DNA of 60,584 bases, counting the filler, from Platydemus manokwari (Eukaryota), in the NCBI GenBank assembly GCA_037951405.1. It is 5 parts of 5 records of this genome, joined end to end, with 100 filler letters (N's around TTAATTAATTAA, not from the genome) between each part and the next. Parts side by side here need not be neighbours in the genome. Positions count along the whole stretch, not along the records: positions 21,390 to 30,201 come from JBBMOY011346205.1; positions 30,302 to 39,362 come from JBBMOY011305650.1; 3 more parts are not named here. One strand, 5' to 3'. A program made the position numbers and the translations under genes. The notes under the pieces are model-generated. The model was not told the origin of the DNA and searched no databases. It saw only the letters and a list, made by a program, of their open reading frames with translations. This document shows, in pieces, positions 26,111 through 39,362 of the stretch; within the stretch, counting starts at the first letter, position 1, and the number at the start of each line of letters is the position of its first letter.

Positions 26111-26282
26111 CACTAGTCATCATCTCATCTTTTCACCTTAACTTTTAATTTCTTACATTCTATTACTAAAGATAATTCATTTATATTTAATATTTGCTAT
26201 TGATAACCTATCGTAAACGTATCATTACATTAATAATTACTAAACTGTATGATAACTGTTGAGTTATAAATCTGCCAAATTT

Positions 26283-26390
26283 ATCTCCTATTTATTAGAC
26301 CTCTTCTCCGTCCACTTCGGATTTCGCTGGCTACTTGCCGGACAACTGCTCATATTTTTTGTGTTAATCACTTCGACTAGTGTGCCTTTT
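26283..26390. repeat. Dispersed repeat, also at 32790-32905
   Basis: ctatttat...ctccgtc..ttcggatttcg..ggctacttgc...tcacttc.act.gtgt is present at both sites. Confidence 0.8.
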
Positions 26391-27386
26391 TGTACATGCA
26401 TGGTAATTGTCTTCCGACTTTTGGATTTAATATCTCATAGAAGATACGCATAATAAAATATATAGATTGGATAGCACTCTGTTAAATTGGAACGGTTAAT
26501 TGATTAACTTCAGATTTCAGCGTTAATAGACCAGTTCCTCATCACTATTATTTTTAATTCGGTTAAGATATTCATCATCTTAGCCTTACTAAAACCTTTA
26601 GACAACAACAGTAATTGTTTTCCGATAACCTGGTCCTAATACCCGTTATTGAAGTCCCTTAAGAGCCAGTATAGGAATAAAATAAACCAACCCAATAAAA
26701 TATTTAATAGAATAATCGACCTATTTTAATTAGCTTTAAAATAAATTTAAGTAGTAAAATTGTAAAAATAGTTTTCACTTAAACCTAACCTTAAATAATA
26801 TTGCACTTCATTTCTTATTAAAAGTTTGAGAAGACTTTTAAAAGTTATATAGATATTTTGAATGATAAAAAAAGTGTTGTTTAATGAAAAATATATTATG
26901 AAAAATTATAGTTAAGTTTCTTGATAAATCAACTTGGAATTTTAAATTATAATTATTAAAGAACTAAGAATGCTATTTATTTATTTGGCGTTAAACAGTC
27001 AAAATAATATTTATAATAAACATAAGAATAGAAAGCCAATTTTGTTTTTACAACAAATCATTTTAAATTTGTACTTTTAATTAATAAGTAATATATTTTA
27101 TAAATAATTCTATTTTTATTTAATGTTTACCTATATTATTAACTGAAGGAGATTCAAATGCTGTATTGACATGATTATTGAATAGGTGACTTAATAATTC
27201 ATGTAACGGAAATGTTTTGAGACATCACAACATGTTTTAATAACGTGACTCTAAATGATGATTTAAACACGAGTTTCCTGCTAATATGGACAAGATACTT
27301 TCATTATAGTTAATGGAATAAAATCACGATTAAGACATATGTGGAAATAATTTATGGATTAGCCTTTAAACTGAAATCATATGTTA

Positions 27387-27413
27387 TTATATATATATAT
27401 ATATATATATATA
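27387..27413. repeat. (AT)n microsatellite
   Basis: Dinucleotide run. Confidence 0.9.
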
Positions 27414-28559
27414 ATAATTTAGCATTACCTGATTTGATTATTTATATTAAACGATTTGTCTTTGAATAAATATTGTGAGAATATTTTCTTTTAATACTGA
27501 TTATTTTAGTTTTCTATCAATGAAAATGGATCAACAAACTATATTAATATTGGTACAACGAATTTTCGAAATTATGTGAAGTGAAGTACTGCATGCGATA
27601 GGTCCGGGGGAATTAAAACCGAAATTTAAATTTTTTATGGTTGTAGTGAAATATATTGTCATAAGATAAATAAATAAGACTGCGTTGATATCAAGAATGA
27701 AAATTAAGTTATTGGGTAATAAAAGTTGTTGTAAAATATTTTAAAGAAATCCTTATTCTTAGAGTAGAGCTTAAAATAAGTTGAAATGATTTCAGTAAGA
27801 TGATTTACTTATATTTAAAATCTTTACGAAATGATGGACGGAAACTAGCTCATTTGTCACAAAAATAAAAGGAAATATGAGTACAAACAGAAAGACTTTT
27901 GTACAGAAATAAGAAAGAACACATGGGCAATATTGCAGAGTATTCAAATAACGAATAATAGATATTCCTAGGATAGTCTTTAGATTAAAGTGACAGAAAG
28001 CTAATGGAAATTAATGACAAAAACAACTTGCAAATAATAATTACTAAATAATAATAATAATTACTAAATAACATTATAATAGACTTTTCAAGGTAATGAT
28101 TTAGTATAAATTCTGCAAGTTGTCAAAAAGAACGATTTAATAGATAAAGAAAGACAAAATGGAGATTATAAACAACAAATCATTAACCAAGTGATAAAAT
28201 TAATTGATTAATTGATTTATTGAAAACTTTATTATGAGAAAATTTAGAGCGAACACGTGCTCATCAATTGATATGAAAAAATTAAAAATAATTAAAACAA
28301 ATAGTCATAGAAATATTTTTTATATGTGTTAGTAGAAGCTACTTCTCTTGAGATTGGTGTTACAACAAAACAACTCATTATTACGATTTTCTTAATATTT
28401 TTTTAATAACCAATCAAACATTTTTCAAAAAAATTTCCAGAGATCTTTTTTGTCAATCTTAATCAGATATAGATTAAAAATATTTAAATCATTTAATTAC
28501 TTTATTTTAAACAATCAAATATAAATTTCAAAATATTAAATTTTAAAATATTAAATTCT

Positions 28560-30050
28560 AAAACTGATTAAAAAACTGATTCGGACCTTGGAACCTTTGG
28601 TTAAGCACTTTAAACCTTTGCATGCCTACACAACCATACACTCATGACAACCAGCCAATCACACGGAGTTAGATGGTAAGCGGTAATTAGAAAAAGCTAC
28701 ATAGCCACACAATAACACACACATAAGGATTGACCAACCTAACTCATGCAAAAAAATGTCCAATAGGAACACGAAAAAGCAAAGTTCGAATCAAAATGTG
28801 ATACAACATGAAACAAAAAATTACACACAGATCTTGAATATAAATATAGATTTAAAAATGGCCAACTGCCAGTTGAAAACCAGTTTTGTTTCTATTTTGA
28901 GAAGTATGTTGAGTGTATTAATTTTATGATTTGCACTAAGTAGTACACGGTTGAAAATAAAATCAGTCTTGTAGTTTTTGGAGTCAGGGATTAGTCATTT
29001 GTTTAGAAGTATACCAACATTAATAGGCTACGTAATTAATATACAACGCCTCTGTGATTATTTTTGTTTTAAAAATAAACAGTCTTTGCAATCAAGTAAG
29101 TTAGTTGACTTATTACAATCGGTGTTATCTTACTTTAATTCGAATATGTTTTTGAATGTTATCATGGTTATGTACTATATACTTTGGAAATTACAAAATT
29201 TATATTTTAATATAATTTCTATAATGATTCTGCAATTAACGAATTCATAAATTTTCACTACATCATTACTAGTGCCATTTACCTTCAGATGATTAATGTA
29301 ATAAAAATGATGTTATGTTGATCCAATCAAATAAAGTAAAAATGTGCATTATAATAAAATAATTATTTTCTTTACCCTTAACATACAATTGTCATAATGA
29401 ACTTAAAAAAGACTTAATTCCGCAGTACAATATCAAATTATGTCTCCTAAATTAGTGATCTAGTTCTTGGAAAATTAATGATTGCTTTAAACATTTAATC
29501 TTGAAAGCACAGCATAAAGATGACATATAAAACACGATTTTTTTTAATAAAAAAGATAAAAAATTCTCATTTTTTAATAAAAATTGTCAATAAAGTTTTA
29601 AAATTGCAATAATCTATTTAATTTTAATAAATTTAATTAAATTGGTAGATAATGACTTCGTCAAAATAAAAGTGAAATTGTGTTTTAATTAACGATTTGT
29701 TTTTAATTTGATGCTGCGGTTTGAATATTTACATGAAAAGGGTCTTTGAAAGCTTATTATCAATTTTATGTCAATTTGAAAGTAAATTTTGATGCTTAGC
29801 CATTTATAATATTTTAATTGAATTATTTAAATTGTTACTAAATTTGCTATAATATTTTATCATATTGATGTCATGTTTTCAATATTTGGTATAACAATAA
29901 AGGTCTGTAAAGCTTTCAATTCTGTTATTTATTTGTTTCTATATTTAATGATATTAGTTTAAAAGTTTTATACTAAATTTAGACTGATGACGTGGCGTTA
30001 AAAACTGATTTTTTATAAATTTTATTAATATAATCTGAGTTAGTTTAATT
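28560..30050 (+). mobile_element. Decayed Penelope-like element
   Basis: Leader with catgacaac and ccaatcac, RT-like remnants near 29000-29170 (tataccaacatt = YTNI; LLQSVLSYF), and CTGATGA at 29984. Confidence 0.4.
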
Positions 30051-30201
30051 ATATTATTTAATCGTATTTAGCACTTTTTATAAAATGCCATTTGTTAGTT
30101 TTTATTAGTAATAAAATCCTTGAATAATCGTGATTAGTTATTTAATGGGAATATAATAAAGCATTAAAATTAGTCATTGATAAAGAAAATTATTCAGAAA
30201 T

Positions 30202-30301
30202 NNNNNNNNNNNNNNNNNNNNNNNNNNNNNNNNNNNNNNNNNNNNTTAATTAATTAANNNNNNNNNNNNNNNNNNNNNNNNNNNNNNNNNNNNNNNNNNN
30301 N
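30202..30301. other. Assembly spacer N44-TTAATTAATTAA-N44
   Basis: Same 100-nt spacer. Confidence 0.97.
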
Positions 30302-30499
30302 ATTGTAATATTTAATAATTAATTTTATACTTCCTTAACAAAAGCTCATTATTAAATATATACTTTAAGATTTTGGAACAAAAGATCAAGTTTCATATGT
30401 TTTTATTTGTGATATAAAATTATATCGATTCATATCTTTTTCAAGAAGTTTTCTACACTAACTTGATTGAATTTGTTAGTTCTATTTAACAATAAATAA

Positions 30500-31250
30500 A
30501 TTAGAAGTACCTTTTTATTTTGAGCATCTATTCTGCAATTCAGAATTCTATTAAAAACTATCTTATGAGAATTGTTTTAATTAAAAGGTAAAAATCAACC
30601 ATAAAGTGCGGAGAATTTTCCAATTATCCAAGATTTCTGAATAAAATATTTTTAATTATTATCTCTTAGCGTCCTAAAGAAGTAATCTTTTTAGATATAT
30701 TTAAAAAGTTTTTCGTAGCTATTAAGATTGTAAATTTGTTATATATTGAGTATCTTGATCGTAGAGGAATTATTAATATGATTTATGAGAGATTTAATGG
30801 TATTATTTTTGTCAATAATTAATTCTTGGTGATATCTGTTGATATCTGGAAATTAAATGAGGAGTTCACATTAGATTTATAATCAACATATTGCACAAAA
30901 TTTATATGATTTCTATTAAATTATTGTTGATGAGAATATCATCAATACACAATTAACAAAATCTTGATTAAATGATATTAATGTACAAAATAGAATATAA
31001 TGCATATTTGTATTGAACCAAAATTTACTTAAAATGGAATTAAGTAGAGAACAGGTCGATTCGATTAAATAATTAAGAAACCGTATTTCAACTCAATTTT
31101 TGAATTATCAATATGAAAAACAGCAAAATATTAGCGTTAGAGAAATACAGAAGAAAACTGAGAAATAAAGACGGTAATTTGATCAAATTAACTTTGTAAA
31201 TGATACTTGTGTTTAAGAAAATTTTGTTATTTTATGATAAAAATGAAAAT
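30500..31250 (+). mobile_element. Decayed LINE RT fragment
   Basis: SQLSKISE (an RPISxLxxxSK-like remnant) near 30620 and a YL...NL.W-like segment near 31000-31040. Confidence 0.4.
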
Positions 31251-31757
31251 AACAATTAGAATTGAAATTTCAATAAACATATTAATTTGGAATTAATATT
31301 TGGGATACAGAAATACAACCTCACTGACCCCTCAAGTGATGGTTTTTTTAGATTTGTTATTCGTTTTTAATTTTTAACTAAATCTTCTTTACTCTACGAA
31401 GGATTTTTTACATAATTCATCAGGCAATTGAATTTTAGCAAGGTAAAGATGTTAATTTAGGGGGCATTTCGTATGTATAACCGGAGTCTTCACAATATCT
31501 TTGAATTGGAAATCTCTCAGAGATGGATCTGCAGATTTTGTAATTATTAATATTCTCTATGACTGATGATTAGACATATTTGATGTAAATTTGCTACATA
31601 ATAAAGATCTCTTTATCCATGCACATCTCCACAGTCTTTTTCGGGTTTCCTTGGTACTATATTAATAAATTGTTTGAAGTACTCACCCAACCTATCCAAC
31701 TCACCCTCCTCATCCCTATCCAACCCATCCCCGTTATCCTCATAATTCATTGTTAAT

Positions 31758-31859
31758 AGAACAACGCACATATACCCTTGTGCACTACACAACATGTATT
31801 GCATTCAGAACAACAATACACATATACCCGTGTGCAGTACACACCCATGCATTGCATAC
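31758..31859 (+). repeat. Two-copy tandem duplication of about 50 bp
   Basis: agaacaacgcacatatacccttgtgcactacacaacatgtattgcattc is followed by agaacaacaatacacatatacccgtgtgcagtacacacccatgcattgcatac. Confidence 0.85.
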
Positions 31860-32134
31860 ACTCTTGGCTATGGATAATGGCTATAGATCAAATCAAATCC
31901 AAAGAAGAGCGCGAAAGAAAGTCAATTCAGAATCAAAAAGCAAAAGGGAATATAATCCTAAAACTGTTTTGATTTGTTTGCATAACATTAGATAATAAAC
32001 AACTTATTGTGTTTGAAGCAATTTTATATTTATATTTTGATACAATTTTTATAGCAATTTTATAATTGTTCAATTTAAGTTGTGAATTTCATATGTTTTA
32101 ATATTTTTATATTTTCATGTAAAAAAAGCGAATG

Positions 32135-32905
32135 GATAAGAATTTTGGCAGATGTGGAAATAAAAATGGAATAAGATAGTATAATAAAATAAACAATAGG
32201 AGGAGAAAAATATAATAAAATAATATAATATAAGAATAGCAGTGTAATAAAATAACATAATAAAAAAATAAAATAATGGAATAATAGTGTAATAAAATAA
32301 TATAATAAAATAAGCTATAACGTAATAAGATGGAAAAAGAGGCCAAAAAAGGGAGGCCGTAAAATAACCAGAAAATAACGGCCGGGGCCTCTTAGGCACC
32401 TAAAAATAGAAACGGTGTTGCGATATAAATACCGAGCAGTGACCGACACCAAAAACTACTTAAAAGCGAAACAGAAAGTCTGGACATAGAAATAGTCACA
32501 GTCGGAATCTATCTGAATACTATTCACTACATTAGGAAGCGGAATAAAATATTGACTTCGATCATCCAGGAGTTGTGGATATTTTTTCAGATAAAAAATT
32601 ACTTTGAACGGACTAAGAATCGTTAATTTTGTTTTGGATTTATTTTTCTCATTATCATTCTAACTATTTACCTTTCGATTAGAGTTTAATTACATTTTGA
32701 CACCATTTATTTTAATAAGGTACGTATAAGAACCTATTCAACACAATCGTACAATTATTATTTTAATTATTTGATAACATCTGTCAAAATCTCTTTTCTA
32801 TTTATCGATCGCTGCTCCGTCTGCTTTCGGATTTCGTCGGCTACTTGCTTAGGTAACTAGCTGACTATTGATTTAACTTTTTTGTTGTTCACTTCAACTC
32901 GTGTT
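32135..32905. mobile_element. Second copy of the LTR-like repeat plus the downstream shared block
   Basis: Same two-part arrangement as 25450-26390. Confidence 0.5.
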
Positions 32906-32999
32906 ATTTATTTTTATTTCTAAATATATCATTGTATAACGATTGTCTTGCAACGACTTATTTCGAATTTATAAGTGTGTTAAATATCAATAATTAATA

Positions 33000-35290
33000 T
33001 CATTAGCACCCTAATATCACAACCTAAATAATAATTGAATTAGTTTTAGATTGCAACAATGCATCTGAAGAGAGACAAAATAGATGGTCGCTGCACTACA
33101 ATGTCTGATTTTTAGAGAATGAGAATTTGTTTTTACCAGATTTTTTTGAATGTGTCCTCTCGTGCGTAACTGGGTTTTATTGAAATTTTGCTAGTCTTCT
33201 GGTTTTGAATACATATTATTTCTCTACATGTGATTCGAATATAGAATCCTGAGATTTCTTTTACGCTGTCATTATAAACTTTTCTAAGTTATAGTCTCCG
33301 CTTTCTCTATCATCTATTTGTTAGTGATTGTCTTTCCAATTATGGACTTTGCTTAATAATTTAGGATTGTTAGTAATATTCGTATTCAACGAGTATAATG
33401 GTTCTTCTTCTCAAGTACAGTCCTTGCCTAATCTTAATCTCCGTTTAAAAGATGTTGGTGTTCGTGAACTTTTGCAATATGTTAGGAATTTGAGGCTTAA
33501 ACAATATTATCACCTTTCTGGTCCTGCTTATCTAATTTCATTGTATATTACGTTTTGGCTCTGATTAATCTAATTTTCTCATTACGCTTAAACCCATTCG
33601 CACGAACTCCGATTTGTTCCTAATTTACTTCTACATATATTCTTTTTTTCTGATTACCTGGCTTTGATCAAAATTTTTCGTAGCTTAGCTTATGTGTGAT
33701 TTTAGTAACCAGTTTTTTATTACTCTTCATTCTGTTTTTGGCTTTCGGGCGCTGATCTCATCTTGAATGATTTTCTTTAAGAATTGCGTAAAGATTTGTT
33801 ATTCTTATTATTAAGACTTTGATCGTATTATTGTAGTTAGTACAGATTTCTAGATTCAAATTGTTGTTTGATAACACAACAATACGTAAATATCATGATG
33901 TGCTTGTCTTCATCTTATATCTCTTGCAACAGCATTATTACTTTCATGTTACGCAACGTCACGAATGTTCATACAGAGTCTATTATCTTAAGCTTTAGGG
34001 TTTAACCTGTTTTCAGTACTCTTCCGAATGGTACTCATCTTTAGCACCACTCTTTTATCCCTTCTTTTATATTTGGCCAATAATAAATTTAGCAGAAATA
34101 TGCGCGATTTTAGAAAGCCGTTAAATGTTCGATGCGAAATTAAAAGAAACAAAATTACTCATTATACTGAACGTTTGCGTAAGTATTTACTTTTTATGTA
34201 CTTTTCGATTGTACTTGGGTGTTTTTATTGCGTTCCTTGATCACCATCACCCACTGTGATTGGTTTGCTATTAATGCTTTTCATTTATTTACTGTTTATT
34301 TTCAATTTTCTTTTTCAATTCCCATTTTTCCTCACGGTATCCTGTAAATGATTGTGTTTACTAATCGATTGCTGTGATAGAATGATTCTTTATCTGTAAA
34401 TATGTGATAACATACACAGCTTTATATTGCTAATTATTACTTATCTTCATTTGCGCAGCTACATAATTATTTTTTGTGATTATCTCTAGAATTCATAAAT
34501 AAATATCTTCATTATTTTATTTTTATCGTTAGTCAAAAAGAATAGCTAGTTTTACATTAAAGCTTTACACTTACTTATTATTTATGTATTTTTATTTATT
34601 TGGTTCATAGGGTATTTGACTAAATTTGATTTTGATTTATTTACATTATAATTTATCACATTATCGACTGAAATTTTACTTAATTTGAAATTTTATCGTT
34701 ACTCAAATTCATTAAAATTTAAAATTTACAATTATCATTATGTGTTATTTATTGACCATACATATTAAGGTGTTTTGTCGAATTTGTAAAATTATTGTTC
34801 ATTCTTTTTTTACATTAATATGATATGTTCCTTGTACTTCTTCGGTATCACAATCAATTCTGTTCCATTGTCTTTTTTGCTGTTGTTTACTGTGGTTGTA
34901 AAAAAAACTTTTGGATCAGATTTGATAATCTGACATCTCTCACTGTTCTTCTGAAATCTCTTCCTGTCACAATCTTTCTCAATTATTCTCAATATCCTTT
35001 GTATTTCCAGACTTTTCTTTCTTTATCTTCAATCATTCTAACACCGCTTTACGCAGTTTTATGAACATTTCCACAAAGATTACTTCCGTAGTTTGTATAG
35101 TCAGTGTTCGACGTTATACCATCAAATATAATTATGAGATTTTTAAGATTAATTAAATTTTTCATTCAAATTGAATTCTAATTTTATATAAGATCATATT
35201 TATATAAAATTAAATTTATTTGTTTAAAATTTGTATTTAAATAGATTTTTGATGTCTTGACTTTTCAGTTCGTTTCTAATGTGCAATTTT
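33000..35290 (-). mobile_element. Mosaic of decayed Gypsy-like fragments
   Basis: 35150-35240 matches the gag segment at 15655-15725. Other remnants: VIPKKYKEHII (pre-integrase-like) near 34830, IKPGNQ (RNase H end-like) near 33660, RGHIQK (zinc-knuckle-like) near 33150. Confidence 0.5.
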
Positions 35291-35403
35291 TAAAATAGAG
35301 GGTAACAATAATGATAATGTATAATAAGTCAAAGACCAATGATAATATTCAATGTATAATGATAATATATGCCAAACATTGACAATGTATACTACTATAA
35401 TAT

Positions 35404-35463
35404 AATGAGTCGAAAACCAATGATTTTAAAACCAATGAGTCGAAGACAAATGAGTCAAAGACT
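35404..35463 (+). repeat. 15-bp minisatellite, 4 copies (aatgagtcgaaaacc), in frame with the ATPase remnant
   Basis: aatgagtcgaaaacc/aatgattttaaaacc/aatgagtcgaagaca/aatgagtcaaagact translates as NESKT NDFKT NESKT NESKT. Confidence 0.85.
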
Positions 35464-36050
35464 GTTTATCAAGAGGAATATCAAATTTTATATCAGGGAT
35501 TTAAAAATGAATTATCAAAAGAAAGTATAATAAAATTATTTGAAGAACAAGACATGTTTGATAAAAATCTAACAATAAAAGAAATCTGCAGAACTATGTT
35601 CTAACGAACTTATTGAAGGTGAAGGAACTTCGTTCGCAGAAAAATGTAAAAACCCCTCCATCACTATATCAATGGAATCTAAATGTGAAAAAATTATGAA
35701 TCCCTCAGATTTAAATAAAACAAAAATGAATTTAATAATTTTTTATGATTGTGTAACTGAGAAAAATCAGGAAATTATGAGTTATTATTATACAAGAGGA
35801 GGACATAATAATTGTAATTGTATTTATCTATCTTAAAGTTGGTTTGAGCTACCAAAGAAATCTATTAGAAATAATTCAAATTTCGTTATTTTGTTTAAAT
35901 TAAATTAAATTGATACCATGATTTATTTTCCAACACTTTAGATAAAGAAGATTTTAATTTTCATGTAAATAAACAATGCAGTGAGAAATATAAATATATA
36001 GCTTTTGATAAGGATAAAGATGCAATTCTTGCATATTTGTTTACAAATTA
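35455..36050 (+). pseudogene. Polinton/adintovirus-type A32/FtsK DNA-packaging ATPase, lacking Walker A
   Basis: SKTVYQEEYQILYQGFKNELSKESIIKLFEEQD ... PSDLNKTKMNLIIFYDC (Walker B) VTEKNQEIMSYYYTRGGHNNCNCIYLS*SWFELPKKSIRNNSNFVILFK. These match the RGRH, YLSQ and IRxN motifs of A32-like ATPases. Confidence 0.85.
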
Positions 36051-36099
36051 TATATAAAATTTTAAATTAAACTTTATATGTAGAATTAATTACTTAAAA

Positions 36100-36980
36100 A
36101 TGGATAGTTCTGGTTATAACATTGTTAAAAGAATAGAATAATTAAAAATGATTGTTTCCTTAAAAACTAAGTTAAATACTGAAGCTGAAGAAAAACTACA
36201 TTCTAAAATTTTGTTAAATCAAGGTATTGTTGAATTTTCCAAGCCACTATTAGCACCAGCTGTACAAAATCAAGAAAAACAACAATTAGCAATTGAGAAA
36301 GGAAATAAAGTTATACATGATGCTTTACAAGAATTTAAAGTTCTAATTGGAGCAAAACCAGGTAATATGAGCAGTGAAAATTTTATTATAAATTCAGAAG
36401 CATTTTTTGGATGGGATGCAACAGGAAATGGTGATAATATTTTTCCAAGTTTGGAGGAAGTAGTATATAATGAAGTAATTTTTCCAAAATTAATTATTAA
36501 TGGTCATGAGTTTTTAAATATTAAATCTGGAAATGAAAATTATCTAAATTTAGCTGATGGTTCTCTTTTTAAATTAAATGAAAACTTATATAAATTAAAA
36601 CTTGGAAGAGTTGATGTAGAAAGACTAAAACATGATGGAGATTTTCCTGTTAAGGGTATAGATGAATATTTATGAGTTTTAGAGAGTGCAGGAATTCCCA
36701 GTCGACAATTTGGAAAAATTAAATATTTAACAGGTCTTAAACAAGTTAAAACCAGAATGATTGAAAATTCGATTGAAGATACTGCATCGGGAACAGGATT
36801 AAATAATTAAATGTTAATAATCCGATAGAGTTATTTTGTGAACTAAGATAATTATTAGCTGCAAAGAAAGGAGGACATAATAATGTTTATAATTCAATAA
36901 ATAGTATTTTCATAAAATTATATAATTTAGGATATATAACTAAATACTGAAAAAATAAAATATTAAAAAAAACTTTAAAA
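36100..36980 (+). pseudogene. Polinton/adintovirus accessory ORF (contains ORF 36148-36675)
   Basis: The ATG at 36100 is in frame with ORF 36148. The reading continues past stops to SGTGL and, after a frameshift, NPIELFCELR*LLAAKKGGHNNVYNSINSIFIKLYNLGYITK. This resembles the P.EL..RL.LL.AA..AG.N..NEI..I...L...G.I tail of ORFs seen beside Polinton ATPases. Confidence 0.65.
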
Positions 36981-37039
36981 TATATTTCTCTTAGAAAAAA
37001 TCTTTAATTTTAATTTTTATAAAATTAAATTGAATTTCA

Positions 37040-37600
37040 TTAGATCAAAATATTTATAAATTTAATCAAAATATTAAGATATAAGATTTATATATTATTA
37101 ATCCATCATCAACAACCGCCACTAATTTAAATAAATCAACAGATATTGTTTCTTAATCTCAACAAACTTCTAATCCTGTAGATATTTGCAAAAGTTTTTT
37201 AAGATACAATATTGAAATTGAATTAAGAAAAACAAAGGAAAATAATGTAAAGGTTGATCATAATATTACTTTAGAAAATAACTTCTTTCTAAATTTATTT
37301 AACTATATGAGATTAATATTAGGAACACATGAACATGAAAATATTGAAAGTGTTTGAGAAGTATCTAGTTCACTGAATTTTTTATTAATAGATAAAACAG
37401 ATAAAGAAACCGGAGAATTAATAGGTTGGTTAAAATTTTGCATGCCAGAATTGATTTTAAATACAGACAGTGAATTAAGTCTCTAAGAAAGATTAAATAA
37501 CGATAAACCGGTTCAAGTAAATTATTTAAATAGATTATCAAATTTTATTAATATTCCAAAATGATCATCATATACATGGCAATAAATTAATACAAATTAT
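37040..37600 (+). pseudogene. Polinton/adintovirus major capsid protein (double jelly-roll), N-terminal fragment
   Basis: INPSSTTATNLNKSTDI...VDICKSFLRY...NITLENNFFLNLFNYMRLILGTHEHENIE...GW, matching the NxF..LF.....lG..IE pattern of DJR capsid N-termini. It lies downstream of the ATPase on the same strand. Confidence 0.7.
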
Positions 37601-37649
37601 AATAATATAACAATATTTATTGATCCACGTCAAACGAGAGTTTATTAAA

Positions 37650-38600
37650 TAAGTCGATATAATGCGATAAAATAATTTAATCAGGAAGATTTTGAAAACC
37701 TAAAGAGAGTAAGAGATAGACAAGTGTTATCGATACAACAATATAAATATAATTTTGAATCCATGTTCTCAAAATTCGAAATTGTTGATTATAGTATTTG
37801 ATTTCATTCCATTTATGTGCCATTATAACGAAATATTCATAAAATCCTTTCCCTAAACTCTAAAATATCTCATTAAATCGTAAAGTCTCATGAAGTGATT
37901 GACAACACTTCCGAAAAGCTTTCAACAGAGATTACAGTTAAAAACAAGGTCACTAATATAAAACAGTTATAAATTCCAATGTTTCAAATAGTATCTTTAA
38001 TGCATCATAAAGATAACAAGTCTAGTTTTATCATTATGATGAAAATTGTTATTTTTCATGTTTTTTGAAACAAATGATATATAAAACATGTTCCGGTAAG
38101 TACTTATATATTTTAATAAATACAATTTTTGAGTTTAACAAAAAGGAATTTGCGTTTTGCTTATCTTAACAATTGCAAGAATTACTTCGTTAAAGTTATA
38201 ACAAATGTTCACTGTTTCATTTATCTATTCTCCATCACAACAACATAATAATGCTAGCTATATAATATCTAGAAACGAAATGAGAACAATGATATAATTC
38301 AAAAATATGTTTTCCAAATATTCATTACATCAATTGTTTTAATTCACAGCAAGCTGCATCACCAAATACAGACATAAGATTCATAAGATTCATCTCATCA
38401 CAAAAATCTTCTCAATATTTTTCCCATTTTAAATCTATCAATCTATAAGTTATGGATTAAATTTCACAAACCACTTTAATAATAAATATTTCTTCTGTAT
38501 ATTTTGTGGTATATTTTTTAAAATTTATTTTAATCTTTAAAAATTTATTACTCCATCTAGGACTTTATATTAAGGTTTGGCATAAAAACTATTTTTTTGA
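37650..38600 (-). mobile_element. Possible decayed hAT transposase fragment
   Basis: Minus-strand SVFGDAA, HCSH and KWNEIKY fall in the order of the hAT TDNA, CxxH and RWNS motifs. Very degenerate. Confidence 0.25.
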
Positions 38601-39362
38601 TTATTAGGTATCTTCAAAAATGAAATGATAGCAGAATCATATGAATAAATTAAACAAAGCAGTTATATATACATAATTAAGTTATAAAATCATAATATGC
38701 GCGAAAATTCATTAAAACGAAACTAGGAAATCAATTTATATTTATTAGACCGAATTCGAATATACGATGTGAGTCACTTCTATTTAATTAAATTAGTATT
38801 TAAAGCGAATCTAGAAGCTCCAAACCACAGGAAGCTCAGACAAAAACCTCAAACAAGAACAAATAAAATTTTTATATTTTTCAAATACTTGAAACTTTTT
38901 GAAAAAACCTATTTAATATATTTGATTCGATCATTTTCAGATTGACTGATTTTAAAATCGCCACACATTGTTAAAATATTTTCGAAATACATCTGAATAA
39001 ATGCATCTTAGAAACATTTCTGCTATAAATTTTGTAGAAATTGGTGAAATGATATTTCATTGAAACCAAATTTAATGGATGTTAAGAGCTGTTTTCAATA
39101 ATATTGGTGTATTTACCAGTGAGATAAAAATTTAAAATATATCAATGCTATCATTCTTTAAAAAATCGAGTATTATGCGATGCATTTGAGTGGTTCTACA
39201 CAGTTGCTCATGTTTCGACATTCGATCGATAATTAAAAATTTGTTTTTTCTAAATTAGGCTTCTTAAATCTGTAATTATAAAAAGAATTACAAAATATAT
39301 TCTCTAAGTTTTAAATAAAATTTGGCGGGTATGAACATGAACTATGAACGGGTATAAAGCAA

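Noticed and set aside
32107-32399. Hydrophobic Y/I/L/F-rich ORFs
   Set aside because: Translation of the low-complexity ataataaaat region of an LTR-like repeat.
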